From: Candidatus Heimdallarchaeota archaeon B3_Heim | GTDB taxonomy: Archaea; Asgardarchaeota; Heimdallarchaeia; Hodarchaeales; Hodarchaeaceae | DNA length: 32,000 nt | NCBI GenBank assembly: GCA_003144275.1 | Contig: NJBF01000026.1 | Span: 35,363-67,362 of the forward strand | Direction of reading: 5' to 3' | Part shown: positions 1 through 8,856 of the stretch, one piece after another | How the letters are laid out: each line of letters opens with the position of its first letter | Position numbering within the stretch: position 1 is the stretch's first letter | Program-made: the position numbers and the translations under genes | Notes under the pieces: model-generated | What the model was told of the DNA's origin: nothing | The model's database searches: none | Seen by the model: the letters and a program-made list of their open reading frames with translations, nothing else

Positions 1-9
1 TTAATTTTA

Positions 10-3000
10 TTGAGGGAAGATATCTTGTTTAAGATAACCAAAGAAGGTAAAAACAAAACCATTTTAATACTAGTTTTATTTATTATTGCGGGAAATTCCA
101 CGTTTAACAAAGTTACCATCATTCATGAAAGTACCTATAGTACTGCTTCATTAGTAAATAGAATTTGTGAAAAAGATACGTTTAACCGAAATCTTACAAA
201 ACCTCAATATATACTTACTGAACACGTACAATCAAAATTTGAAATATACAACCAGCCTATTTACAACAGAATCAAACGTGAAACTAGTTCAGATTCCTTT
301 TTCCGAGCCGAAGAGTATAGAAAAAGACATCTTCTTCCCATATCCGATTACAATGGAATATCAACATTTTCGGATCAATCCAGCGCAGTTTATTCTGTGG
401 CATACGGTCCAAATGGAACTATTGCAAGTTCAAGTGATGGATTAATTCTAATATGGAATGCTACAACAGGAAGTATCCTAAATTCACTAAGTTACGGTTC
501 TGCAGTACGATCCATATCTTTCCATCACAATGGAAGTGTTTTAGCCTTTGGAACTGATGATTTCAAAGTGAATCTATGGAATCTTAATACAGATAATGTT
601 AAAACACTAAGTAACCATGCAGGAGCAATTCATTCTGTTTCATTTAGCCCAAATGGCAGCCTTTTAGCTTCAGGATCCGAAGATTGGACGATAAATCTAT
701 GGTATGTTGATGGGACTACAACGCCAATCAAAACTTTAATTGGACATTTTGACACTGTATATGCCGTAGATTTTAGTCATAACGATACTGTTTTAATTTC
801 TGGTTCTGCAGATAATGACATTAGAATCTGGGATGTTAATACTCCAGTGTCAAGCTCAAAAAAATTATTAACTGGCTTTCATAACGATTCTGTAAGATCG
901 GTCTCTTATAGTCCAACGGGGGAATATTTTGCCTCAGGAGCAGGATCAGTTGATAAAACTATTAAAATATGGGATGGATTAACAGCTGCATTAGTTGATA
1001 ATCTAACAGATCATACTGATGTTATAAGATCAGTTACATTTGATCCTAAGAATGATGAACTGTTAGCATCAGGAAGTCAAGATGGTAAGGTGAATCTTTG
1101 GAATATTACAACAGCATCAAAAATCAAAGAGATGACGGATCATTCAGGTTTTGTATATTCTGTTTCTTTTGACCCAAGCGGAAACCACTTGATTTCTGGG
1201 GGAACTGACACAACAGTTAAACTCTGGAACCTCAATCTTGGAAATTTAATAGGAAAAATTGATGGACACACAAATTATATTAATTCCATTGCTTTCAGCC
1301 CTAATGGTAGTTTACTCGCCTCAGGATCTGAGGACACAACCGCAAGAATATGGAACACGACAACTGGAGGTCATTTACTAACTTTACCAGATCATATTTC
1401 CCCAATTGATACTCTTGCATTTAGTCCAAATAGTAGTACATTAGCAACTGGTTCACCGGATAATAATGTTATACTTTGGGATTTAAATGATAACGGAAAT
1501 ATTGTACATATTCTAAACCATCCTACTGATGTAACATCAGTTGTTTTTCATCCAAATGGTTCCATTTTAGCCTCAAGTTTGATTAACAGTAATATATCTC
1601 TTTGGAACATTAATACAGGAGAATTAATTTGCAATTTACCAGGGAATACTGATGAAATCCATTCTTTAACCTTTAATCAAGATGGAAACCACTTAGTTGC
1701 TGGATTACGCGATGGTTCAATAAATATATGGGACGTTGAAACACGATCAATATTAACAAGCTTAACCAATCATAGTGATTCAGTTGTTTCTCTTGCTTTT
1801 AGTTCTAATGCGCAATATTTTGCTTCTGGTTCTAAAGATTCAAGTATTTTAGTTTGGAATGCTTCTACGTTTGAAATAATTTACAATTTAACTGGCCATT
1901 CTGCTGAAATAAAATCTGTGATATTTAGTCCTGATGGAAGTGCATTAGCTTCGTGTGCCGATGATCAAACTATTCAAGTATGGGATATGGTAGATGGTAG
2001 TCGAATTAGGACAATGAATGATCCAAATAATGCAACTTCAGTTGCTTTTAATCTAAATGGGAATATATTAGCCTCTGGAAATCGTCTATCAACAGCAATC
2101 AAATTATGGAATTCAAGCATTTCTCTTCTTAGTTTTGACAATTTTTCTTCATCATTAGTCAAATATAATTCAGATTTAAATTTTAAAAAAGAACCACAGT
2201 GTGAACTGTCTGCAGGATGGAATACAACTTCTCTTACAATCGTACATAATTCTAGCTCATTTAGAACACCATCATCCTTTGACCCATATAGATTGTTTAT
2301 CAAAACAAAATTCTTAGGAAGAGAAATCGCAAGAGATTATAATTTATTCATAATATCAACTTTTACTGATTATGATGGAGATGGTTTGCCCAATTCATGG
2401 GAAAAAATACATTCTACAGATCTCTTAGTGAATGACGCCAGTGATGACATAGACAACGACTATCTTTCAAATTTAGGAGAGTTTCAAGCTCAAACTGATC
2501 CAAACAATAGAGATTCGGACAACGATGGGTGGTTTGATGGATCAGAAGTTTCAAATTCATCAAATCCGCTAGTAAATAACTCTGCTCCTTTTATTACATG
2601 GCCTGAATCTCTAAAGACATTAAATAATTCAGCTACAAACATTTCTAATCAAAGTTGGCAAGTTAACACAACTAATGCAAAATCAATTGATATTTGGGTA
2701 AATGATAATTATACAGAGACAGTTATTTATCCTTTCATCTGGAATGTAACATTAATCGAAGAATTGAATAATTTAACATATATAGCTTATTATGATGTTC
2801 CTGTGAATTATAATAAGACTGTATTCTTAATTACATTAGATTCTACTGCACCAACGATTAATCTTGTTAATCCATTGACTGAAGATGCAGTACTTAATAG
2901 TAAAAGCACAATTACTATAAATGTACAAGGATATAATGAACTATTTTCATATTGGGACAACGGGAGCTTTAGTAAAACAGAAATTCAGACAAAAGTAAAC

Positions 3001-4167
3001 TTTATCTCAAATCATACCTCTCTTAAGCTTTTAAACACAAAAACTGATTCAAATATTAATTTTGAACTACCTGGATCAGATGGAGTTCATACACTCTATT
3101 TAATGGCAGTTGATGAGGTTGGAAATATTCGATTGGCTGATTTTTCATTCATTACAGATGATACTCCTCCAACTGCCATAATCCAAGGAATATCTGAATT
3201 TCTATTTATGTCTGGGACGAAAGTCATTAGAGTTATTCCTAGTGATAATAATTCTATTGATCGAGTTGAATTCGAATTATCGGGAGACCTTATTACCACT
3301 GATAATAATTCACCATATCGGTGGGAATGGAATACAGCTGAAACAGAAGATGGAATTTATTTGATTCGTATTACAGTCTACGATGCCGCAGGAAATGCCT
3401 ACACAAAGACATTTTACGGGATTTTTGTGGTGAATGATCCCATTGAATTTCTCTGTTTCCTTTTCTTAGAGTATTTCCCAGTGTTTTTATTGATTATCCT
3501 TGCAATACTTATCTTAATAATAATATGTAGTATGAGAAAGAAGATTCATATTTTATACACATATGCTAATCCACCAATTAACCCACTAGAAATTAAACCA
3601 GAGATTGTGTTTAATAAAATAGAGGAAGAACTTAAAGAAACAAAGTATGGAAACAGAATAAAACTCATTCAAAAGGGAGAAATAACTAAAGATGATCTTT
3701 CACCATGGCTAGCTGATCCTAATTTTAAACTCAGTGTTTTTCAATTTTCAGGACATGGAAAAAAGGGATATCTTCAATTTATAAACCCAGAGGACACTAA
3801 TCTTGGGGAAGCAATTCCTGCAGATCATATCACTGAAGCTTTTCGTTTACATAAAAATAAAATCAAAATCGTAGTTTTACGAGCATGCTCTTCTTTAAAG
3901 ATTGCTGAGAGTCTAATGGAACATATTGATATTATAATTGGAATGTCCAAAGAAGTTCAAGATGCTGCTGCAGCAAAATTCACAATTGGATTCTATAAGT
4001 TCTTAGCAGCTGGCAAGAACGTGCAAGAAGCATACGAAAAAGGATTATCAGATATGGAAATTTCAAAAGGGCACGGTCGTGATATTGTTAAGTTAGTACA
4101 TCGTGAAGAAGTAAAACCTGGGAAAGTAAAACTCTTTCGATGGCGGTTTTTACTATGTTTTTTATAA
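10..4167 (+). CDS. Single-pass membrane protein: 14x WD40 + TSP3-like Ca-binding repeats + Ig-like domains + TM helix + C-terminal CHAT (caspase-like) protease domain
   Basis: N-terminal basic+hydrophobic segment (KNKTILILVLFIIAG). 14 GH...S(G/A)S.D..I..W(D/N) repeats (nt ~358-2115). Three DxDxD(G) repeats (DYDGDGLPNSWE, DIDNDYLSNLGE, DSDNDGWFDGSE; ~2368-2550). Ig-like segments ending in AVDEVGN and VYDAAGN. Hydrophobic helix at ~3448-3528. CHAT motifs FSGHG (His1249, nt 3754) and VVLRACSS (Cys1293, nt 3886), then IIIGM and FTIGFY. The frame is open back to base 1, so the true start may lie upstream of the window. Confidence 0.9.
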   Translation: MREDILFKITKEGKNKTILILVLFIIAGNSTFNKVTIIHESTYSTASLVNRICEKDTFNRNLTKPQYILTEHVQSKFEIYNQPIYNRIKRETSSDSFFRAEEYRKRHLLPISDYNGISTFSDQSSAVYSVAYGPNGTIASSSDGLILIWNATTGSILNSLSYGSAVRSISFHHNGSVLAFGTDDFKVNLWNLNTDNVKTLSNHAGAIHSVSFSPNGSLLASGSEDWTINLWYVDGTTTPIKTLIGHFDTVYAVDFSHNDTVLISGSADNDIRIWDVNTPVSSSKKLLTGFHNDSVRSVSYSPTGEYFASGAGSVDKTIKIWDGLTAALVDNLTDHTDVIRSVTFDPKNDELLASGSQDGKVNLWNITTASKIKEMTDHSGFVYSVSFDPSGNHLISGGTDTTVKLWNLNLGNLIGKIDGHTNYINSIAFSPNGSLLASGSEDTTARIWNTTTGGHLLTLPDHISPIDTLAFSPNSSTLATGSPDNNVILWDLNDNGNIVHILNHPTDVTSVVFHPNGSILASSLINSNISLWNINTGELICNLPGNTDEIHSLTFNQDGNHLVAGLRDGSINIWDVETRSILTSLTNHSDSVVSLAFSSNAQYFASGSKDSSILVWNASTFEIIYNLTGHSAEIKSVIFSPDGSALASCADDQTIQVWDMVDGSRIRTMNDPNNATSVAFNLNGNILASGNRLSTAIKLWNSSISLLSFDNFSSSLVKYNSDLNFKKEPQCELSAGWNTTSLTIVHNSSSFRTPSSFDPYRLFIKTKFLGREIARDYNLFIISTFTDYDGDGLPNSWEKIHSTDLLVNDASDDIDNDYLSNLGEFQAQTDPNNRDSDNDGWFDGSEVSNSSNPLVNNSAPFITWPESLKTLNNSATNISNQSWQVNTTNAKSIDIWVNDNYTETVIYPFIWNVTLIEELNNLTYIAYYDVPVNYNKTVFLITLDSTAPTINLVNPLTEDAVLNSKSTITINVQGYNELFSYWDNGSFSKTEIQTKVNFISNHTSLKLLNTKTDSNINFELPGSDGVHTLYLMAVDEVGNIRLADFSFITDDTPPTAIIQGISEFLFMSGTKVIRVIPSDNNSIDRVEFELSGDLITTDNNSPYRWEWNTAETEDGIYLIRITVYDAAGNAYTKTFYGIFVVNDPIEFLCFLFLEYFPVFLLIILAILILIIICSMRKKIHILYTYANPPINPLEIKPEIVFNKIEEELKETKYGNRIKLIQKGEITKDDLSPWLADPNFKLSVFQFSGHGKKGYLQFINPEDTNLGEAIPADHITEAFRLHKNKIKIVVLRACSSLKIAESLMEHIDIIIGMSKEVQDAAAAKFTIGFYKFLAAGKNVQEAYEKGLSDMEISKGHGRDIVKLVHREEVKPGKVKLFRWRFLLCFL

Positions 4168-4214
4168 GAAGACTATTTTACTTAAAATGAAGAAAAAGAA
4201 AGGTGAAGAAATAA

Positions 4215-4613
4215 ATGGAAGTTGAAATGAATATAATTTTTGAAGAAAAAATTGAAACAAGTAAATTAAATACTTTTATTAAGGAATTAAACAATGAAAC
4301 CATGAAAATAGATGAAGATCTAGGAGAAATGAGAACATTCAAAGAAACAAGTCAAGCAATGCCTCTTGATCCCATAATAAAACAATTACTTATCGCTGTT
4401 TTAGCACCTATTTTTACCGACTACATTCGAGAAAAGAGTCCTGTTGCAAAAAAATATGCCAAAAAAATGTTTAAGAAAGTCTTTGAAAAGATGAAAAAAT
4501 TAACAAACAAATCAAAGATTGTCATCAAAAAGGCAGGAGAAGAGATAATGACTCTACTCGAAGGCACTGATGAAGAATTTGATAAAGCAGTGAGAATACT
4601 CTCACTAGAATAA
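4215..4613 (+). CDS. Small hypothetical protein, EACC1-like putative partner/substrate of the CHAT protease
   Basis: AGGTGA Shine-Dalgarno before the ATG, 47 nt after the CHAT gene stop, T-tract after its own stop. Strand-helix-strand, QAMP loop, hydrophobic/amphipathic helix (LDPIIKQLLIAVLAPIF), then KIVIKKAGEEI and a terminal helix. The family assignment is from recalled pattern only. Confidence 0.6.
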   Translation: MEVEMNIIFEEKIETSKLNTFIKELNNETMKIDEDLGEMRTFKETSQAMPLDPIIKQLLIAVLAPIFTDYIREKSPVAKKYAKKMFKKVFEKMKKLTNKSKIVIKKAGEEIMTLLEGTDEEFDKAVRILSLE

Positions 4614-5000
4614 AATATTCCTTTTTTATTTCTGAGAATTAATTAATAAAGATATTGAAGACCTTAAAAAAATTAGAGATGGATCAATCTAAAATAATGT
4701 CGTAAAATAATATTTTTACGACAATCACTTTCCAAGTGCTTGTCTCATCTATAATCGTGAAAAAGAGGGAGGTGTGAGATCTTCCGCGGTAGATTATCAA
4801 AATACGGTAACACTTCAGCAAATACCCATTCAGCTTTGATGATGGAGTCACAAAAAATAATCCTCCTTTAACGAAGAGCTCCTCTCCGATACAAATTTGG
4901 GTGTTTATTAATCATTGTGTATGTTTTTTCTTATGATGCCACCTAGAACTGAACCGACTAATAAATAAGTCCTCAACTATTCATAAATGAGATTCAAGCC

Positions 5001-7139
5001 TTGCAGACTAGTTCCACATCATTTCATTTCGATTTTATTCCTGATAAGATAGATCAATCAAGTATTAAGCTTCTTAGAAATGTATCTGATTCTTTTACTC
5101 TAGAATACGCGATTTTTGAACCCAAAACGGTTCATATTTGCATGCATGTTAAACCTAGAAGACGTTTTTTCAGACGTTCCTCACATTCTGCAACTGCTAC
5201 ACTCCAGCAATTCATTATTTCTCTCGGACTTCATGCCGACTTTCTCAAACCAAGTGAAGATCCGATCCCTAGACTTCTTAGTATGATCGAGCCCCAGTTT
5301 TTTCTAGACCCAGAAGAACCCTGTCTTCATAGCGGTGGGTTGCTGGGTCTAGAAATTGACTCTTTACCTTCTTTATCAACGAAAGATGGATTCATTAATG
5401 GGTTACTTGAAATAATCACTGATGATCCAACTTTCACCCTTTTACAGATTCCATTCAAATCACAGAAAATTCCGAAAGAATTTCAATCCTTAGAAACTGC
5501 TGATTATAGAAACCAAATTAGATTTAATATCCAACAAGGAAAGGTTGAACGTCGTTCACATCCTTTCAGTATGAATCTTATGGAAGAAGCTGGTTGTTTT
5601 GCTTTTTCAGTTCATCTTTTGATGGTTGAGCGTTCAGAAGAACAGCTACTAGCCAAATTAGAACGAGTCTCTGTATTTCTAAAAGCCCATGGAATTAAGA
5701 CTCGGAAATATCCTTCCTTTTTACGTCCGTTTAAACGTTTTAAATCACATTTCAAGAGCCGATCTATCCATCCAGCCTTGGTTACTGATGGATTCACGTT
5801 AATGAATTATCTATCGTTACCAACCAATCAATATTCACTACATGGGTATCAAATAGTCCCTCACAAGGAGAATTATAATATGTCTTCCACTTTATCACAT
5901 CTTGATACAGAAAATACCCTTAGAATTGGAACCCCAATTCTGAGTGGGAAAACAACTGATTCTCCTATGCTTCTTTCAGGTAAAGATCTGTCTCGTCATA
6001 TGGCGGTATTTGGGATGACAGGAGAAGGGAAAAGTCGGTTTGTCTTTAACCTAATTCAAGAATTTCACAAAAATAAAGTGAATTTCTTAATTATAGACCC
6101 CAAAGGTGAATATATCCATCCAGTACAAACATTTTGTCAAGATTTTTTTTATATTAAACCAGGTTCTGATTCCTTTCCTTGGGGGATTAACCTTTTTGAA
6201 GTTCCTTTGGATCCACAAGGTCAGCCTCTGATCTCTCCAGAAGATCATATTCAATTCGTTGTTTCATTGCTCGAAAATGTGGTTGATGAAGCTAATTCTT
6301 TATCTCCCCAGATGAGACGCTTAATCCAATTAGCTACCATTCAAACCATTAAAGAGAAAGGCGATTTCAAATTATTCTTACAATGCTTAAATAAGCCTAA
6401 TGCCCTTGGACTCAAAGGAGCCTATTTAGAAAATACATCGGCCGGTACCGTTAACCGTATCATGAAGCTGTTATTTGGGAATACTGGAAGATGTTTTACT
6501 GTGAGCTCAACCACGTTTGATATTTCGCAATTTCTCTCTCACAATATTATTTTGGATTTATCGACATTTGAAGCAATGGAAGACATAAATGGCCGACAAT
6601 TACTTCTGGAGGTTATATTCCAGTATCTCTATTACTATATCCGGAAATTTCGTCCCCCCTTCAAAGAAGAAAAACTTCCCCAGAATGTCATAATCCTTGA
6701 TGAAATCAACAAACTCCTACCTGCACCCACCTATAGACAATCAACACCAAAGTCAATAATTGGCCGCGGGCCTTGGACCTTGCGTGCATATGATGTATCA
6801 ATGGTGTTTATAGGAACCGACCCAATAATAGATCTTCCTATGTTGACGAATGCGGGTGTATTTGCAATGTTTTATTCGAAGTTCGATTCATATAAAATCG
6901 CAGATTTTTTGGGTATTTCTAAGGGCACGTATGATCAATTGAAACCCCTACTTAAGGCCAAACCTGATGAAAGAAGATGTTTACTTTCGGTTAATAAAAA
7001 TGTGACCTTGTTGAAAACAGATCAATTTGAGCTAAGTTCTTCGAACTCCTCTATCTTTGAATTGTTGAAAGAAAATCCTATTCAGATGCATCTCAGAGAA
7101 AGTTATACCCAGAACTATTTTCAGCCAATCTTTGAGTAA
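5001..7139 (+). CDS. HerA/VirB4-like (DUF87-type) P-loop ATPase with a long N-terminal domain
   Basis: DLSRHMAVFGMTGEGKS (Walker A), IIDPKGEY, IILDEIN (Walker B), LRAY (Arg-finger region). TTG start is uncertain. Confidence 0.85.
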   Translation: MQTSSTSFHFDFIPDKIDQSSIKLLRNVSDSFTLEYAIFEPKTVHICMHVKPRRRFFRRSSHSATATLQQFIISLGLHADFLKPSEDPIPRLLSMIEPQFFLDPEEPCLHSGGLLGLEIDSLPSLSTKDGFINGLLEIITDDPTFTLLQIPFKSQKIPKEFQSLETADYRNQIRFNIQQGKVERRSHPFSMNLMEEAGCFAFSVHLLMVERSEEQLLAKLERVSVFLKAHGIKTRKYPSFLRPFKRFKSHFKSRSIHPALVTDGFTLMNYLSLPTNQYSLHGYQIVPHKENYNMSSTLSHLDTENTLRIGTPILSGKTTDSPMLLSGKDLSRHMAVFGMTGEGKSRFVFNLIQEFHKNKVNFLIIDPKGEYIHPVQTFCQDFFYIKPGSDSFPWGINLFEVPLDPQGQPLISPEDHIQFVVSLLENVVDEANSLSPQMRRLIQLATIQTIKEKGDFKLFLQCLNKPNALGLKGAYLENTSAGTVNRIMKLLFGNTGRCFTVSSTTFDISQFLSHNIILDLSTFEAMEDINGRQLLLEVIFQYLYYYIRKFRPPFKEEKLPQNVIILDEINKLLPAPTYRQSTPKSIIGRGPWTLRAYDVSMVFIGTDPIIDLPMLTNAGVFAMFYSKFDSYKIADFLGISKGTYDQLKPLLKAKPDERRCLLSVNKNVTLLKTDQFELSSSNSSIFELLKENPIQMHLRESYTQNYFQPIFE

Positions 7140-7159
7140 TTGTACGAGTTTTTAGGATT

Positions 7160-8284
7160 TCATACCATGACGGCAGCAATTGTTGGAGGGTCATCAGATG
7201 AAATTGTTATCAGCCCTTTCGTTACTAGATCTCCAAGCATTTGTTTTAATTTTAATGGATGAGCCCCTACAGACATAGCCAATGTTGAAAGGTCTAATAC
7301 TCCTCCTAAATTTAATAGTATAAGTATTGACGCATATAATGGATGAGTAGAAAGGAGTCTTTGAGTATAATCAAGGAGAACATTTTTCTCAAGACGTTCC
7401 GTAATTGCTTTTGACAATTCAGCTTGTGTCTCTAGTAGTTCTTCTTCAGCGATCTTTGTAGCTTCTTCTAATCGATCTACTGTAATTTTGTGTTGTCGTG
7501 TCGCATCCTCTAGTCGTGTGTTTTGTGTTTCTAGTTTCTTTTTCATTTCCTCAAGATCTATTTCCATCTCTCGACGAATTTCTTTGGTACGACTTTGAAT
7601 TCCGTCTTCGAGCATACGCTGGTAGTAGTTCTCTTGAATCTGATAAGTTTCTGCAACAGAGGCTAATGCTTCTTGAATATCCTTTTCGTGAATTAGTTCT
7701 TTTTCTTTTAATTTTTCTATTAACGCCTGATTCATTTCTAACTCATTGATCAATTCCTTAGACTGAGTTTGGTGGACTTCAAGCTCTTTCTGTTGATTTT
7801 CAAGCTGTGATTGTACACGCTTCATGTCAGCCTCTAATGCGGTGATCTGATCAGTTTTTTCAGCCAGTTGAGTGAAACTGTCAGCCTTTTCACTTTCAAG
7901 TTGCTTTAGCTCTGTATTTTTTTCTTTTATCTGAGTTTTAAATTCCAGATTACTTTCTCGTAATTGTACCAGTTCATTCTCCTGTTCTAAGGAAGCTTCA
8001 TCTTGAATGATGATCGCGCTTTCAGATAATACTTCTCTTATCCGTCCTAGTGATTTGATCGTAATGCGGGTTAATTCGCTATCTACAACACGAGCAGTAT
8101 CTTTGCGTACGGTTTTAATCAAAGTGTCAATATCTTGATAACTGAAGTGTGGTAATCCTTGGGCAATAAGTGTACTCTTCGTACCTGATACCACTACGCC
8201 AATCTCTTGCTGAGCAACTTTTCGGTCTTTAGCCATCTCGTTTATAAATTCTAAACCAAATTCTTTCAGCGATTTTTGTGTCAT
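7160..8284 (-). CDS. Coiled-coil protein with C-terminal winged helix-turn-helix
   Basis: About 200 aa of E/K/Q/L heptad-rich sequence. The C-terminus LDLSTLAMSVGAHPLKLKQMLGDLVTKGLITI fits a wHTH. TTTATATA box upstream (+ strand ~8351-8359). Confidence 0.7.
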   Translation of the reverse strand: MTQKSLKEFGLEFINEMAKDRKVAQQEIGVVVSGTKSTLIAQGLPHFSYQDIDTLIKTVRKDTARVVDSELTRITIKSLGRIREVLSESAIIIQDEASLEQENELVQLRESNLEFKTQIKEKNTELKQLESEKADSFTQLAEKTDQITALEADMKRVQSQLENQQKELEVHQTQSKELINELEMNQALIEKLKEKELIHEKDIQEALASVAETYQIQENYYQRMLEDGIQSRTKEIRREMEIDLEEMKKKLETQNTRLEDATRQHKITVDRLEEATKIAEEELLETQAELSKAITERLEKNVLLDYTQRLLSTHPLYASILILLNLGGVLDLSTLAMSVGAHPLKLKQMLGDLVTKGLITISSDDPPTIAAVMV

Positions 8285-8422
8285 TTATTGTTCCCTCAAA
8301 TGACCTTTTACTTTTCGGTGGATAATCAAATGAGTATTATATTTGTGCCAATATATAAAGATGTAGGAGGAGCTTTCTTTCGATTTTTCCTCTCGGTAAA
8401 ATATAACAATCCAAATTTTTTC

Positions 8423-8839
8423 TTAAGATCCCCAGAGATTTTGCAATTCTGGTAAAATGGTTACTGTAAGCAGTGTTATTATTCCTTGAATCAGGATCGC
8501 CGTAGCTAATGCAAAGAAGATACTCAACAACGTACCCAGCAAATAATATTCTGCAAAATGGCGTTCTTTAAGTTGTTCAAATCGGGCCATTGATTTGGCA
8601 ACGAATACAAAGGAAATCGCCCCGAATTCTCCCATTAATGCCAAAGTCAGGATTATTGCTCTTTCTACCTGTCCAATCTTTTTACCTGCTCCCGAAAGAC
8701 CCATTGGTTTCTCGGTTGATTTGGGATCCTTATAGGGAGATAAGAAATGGCCAACGAAAAAGGCTCCCCCAAAAATCGTCCATAGATACGCGCATAGATA
8801 AAGCAAAGCAAGTATTATAAATAATTCCAGTTGAAACAA
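8423..8839 (-). CDS. DUF3307-like small membrane protein (SatD-associated)
   Basis: Motifs IGQVERAII...AKSMARF...FAEYYLLGTLLS are typical of the membrane proteins encoded after satD. Three hydrophobic segments. A GGAGGA SD 6 nt before the TTG at 8839 supports this start over the track's GTG at 8863. Confidence 0.75.
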   Translation of the reverse strand: MFQLELFIILALLYLCAYLWTIFGGAFFVGHFLSPYKDPKSTEKPMGLSGAGKKIGQVERAIILTLALMGEFGAISFVFVAKSMARFEQLKERHFAEYYLLGTLLSIFFALATAILIQGIITLLTVTILPELQNLWGS

Positions 8840-8856
8840 ATGGTATCCTCCTTGGA

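Noticed and set aside
265-282. RIKR furin-like site in the N-terminal region of the WD40-CHAT protein
   Set aside because: A four-residue basic motif arises easily by chance and there is no evidence for a convertase.
4747-4914. Minus-strand protein-like stretch (MINKHPNLYRRGALR*RRIIFCDSIIKAEWVFAEVLPYF...) upstream of the ATPase
   Set aside because: It is short, has an internal stop and resembles no family I recognise, so it cannot be called a pseudogene.
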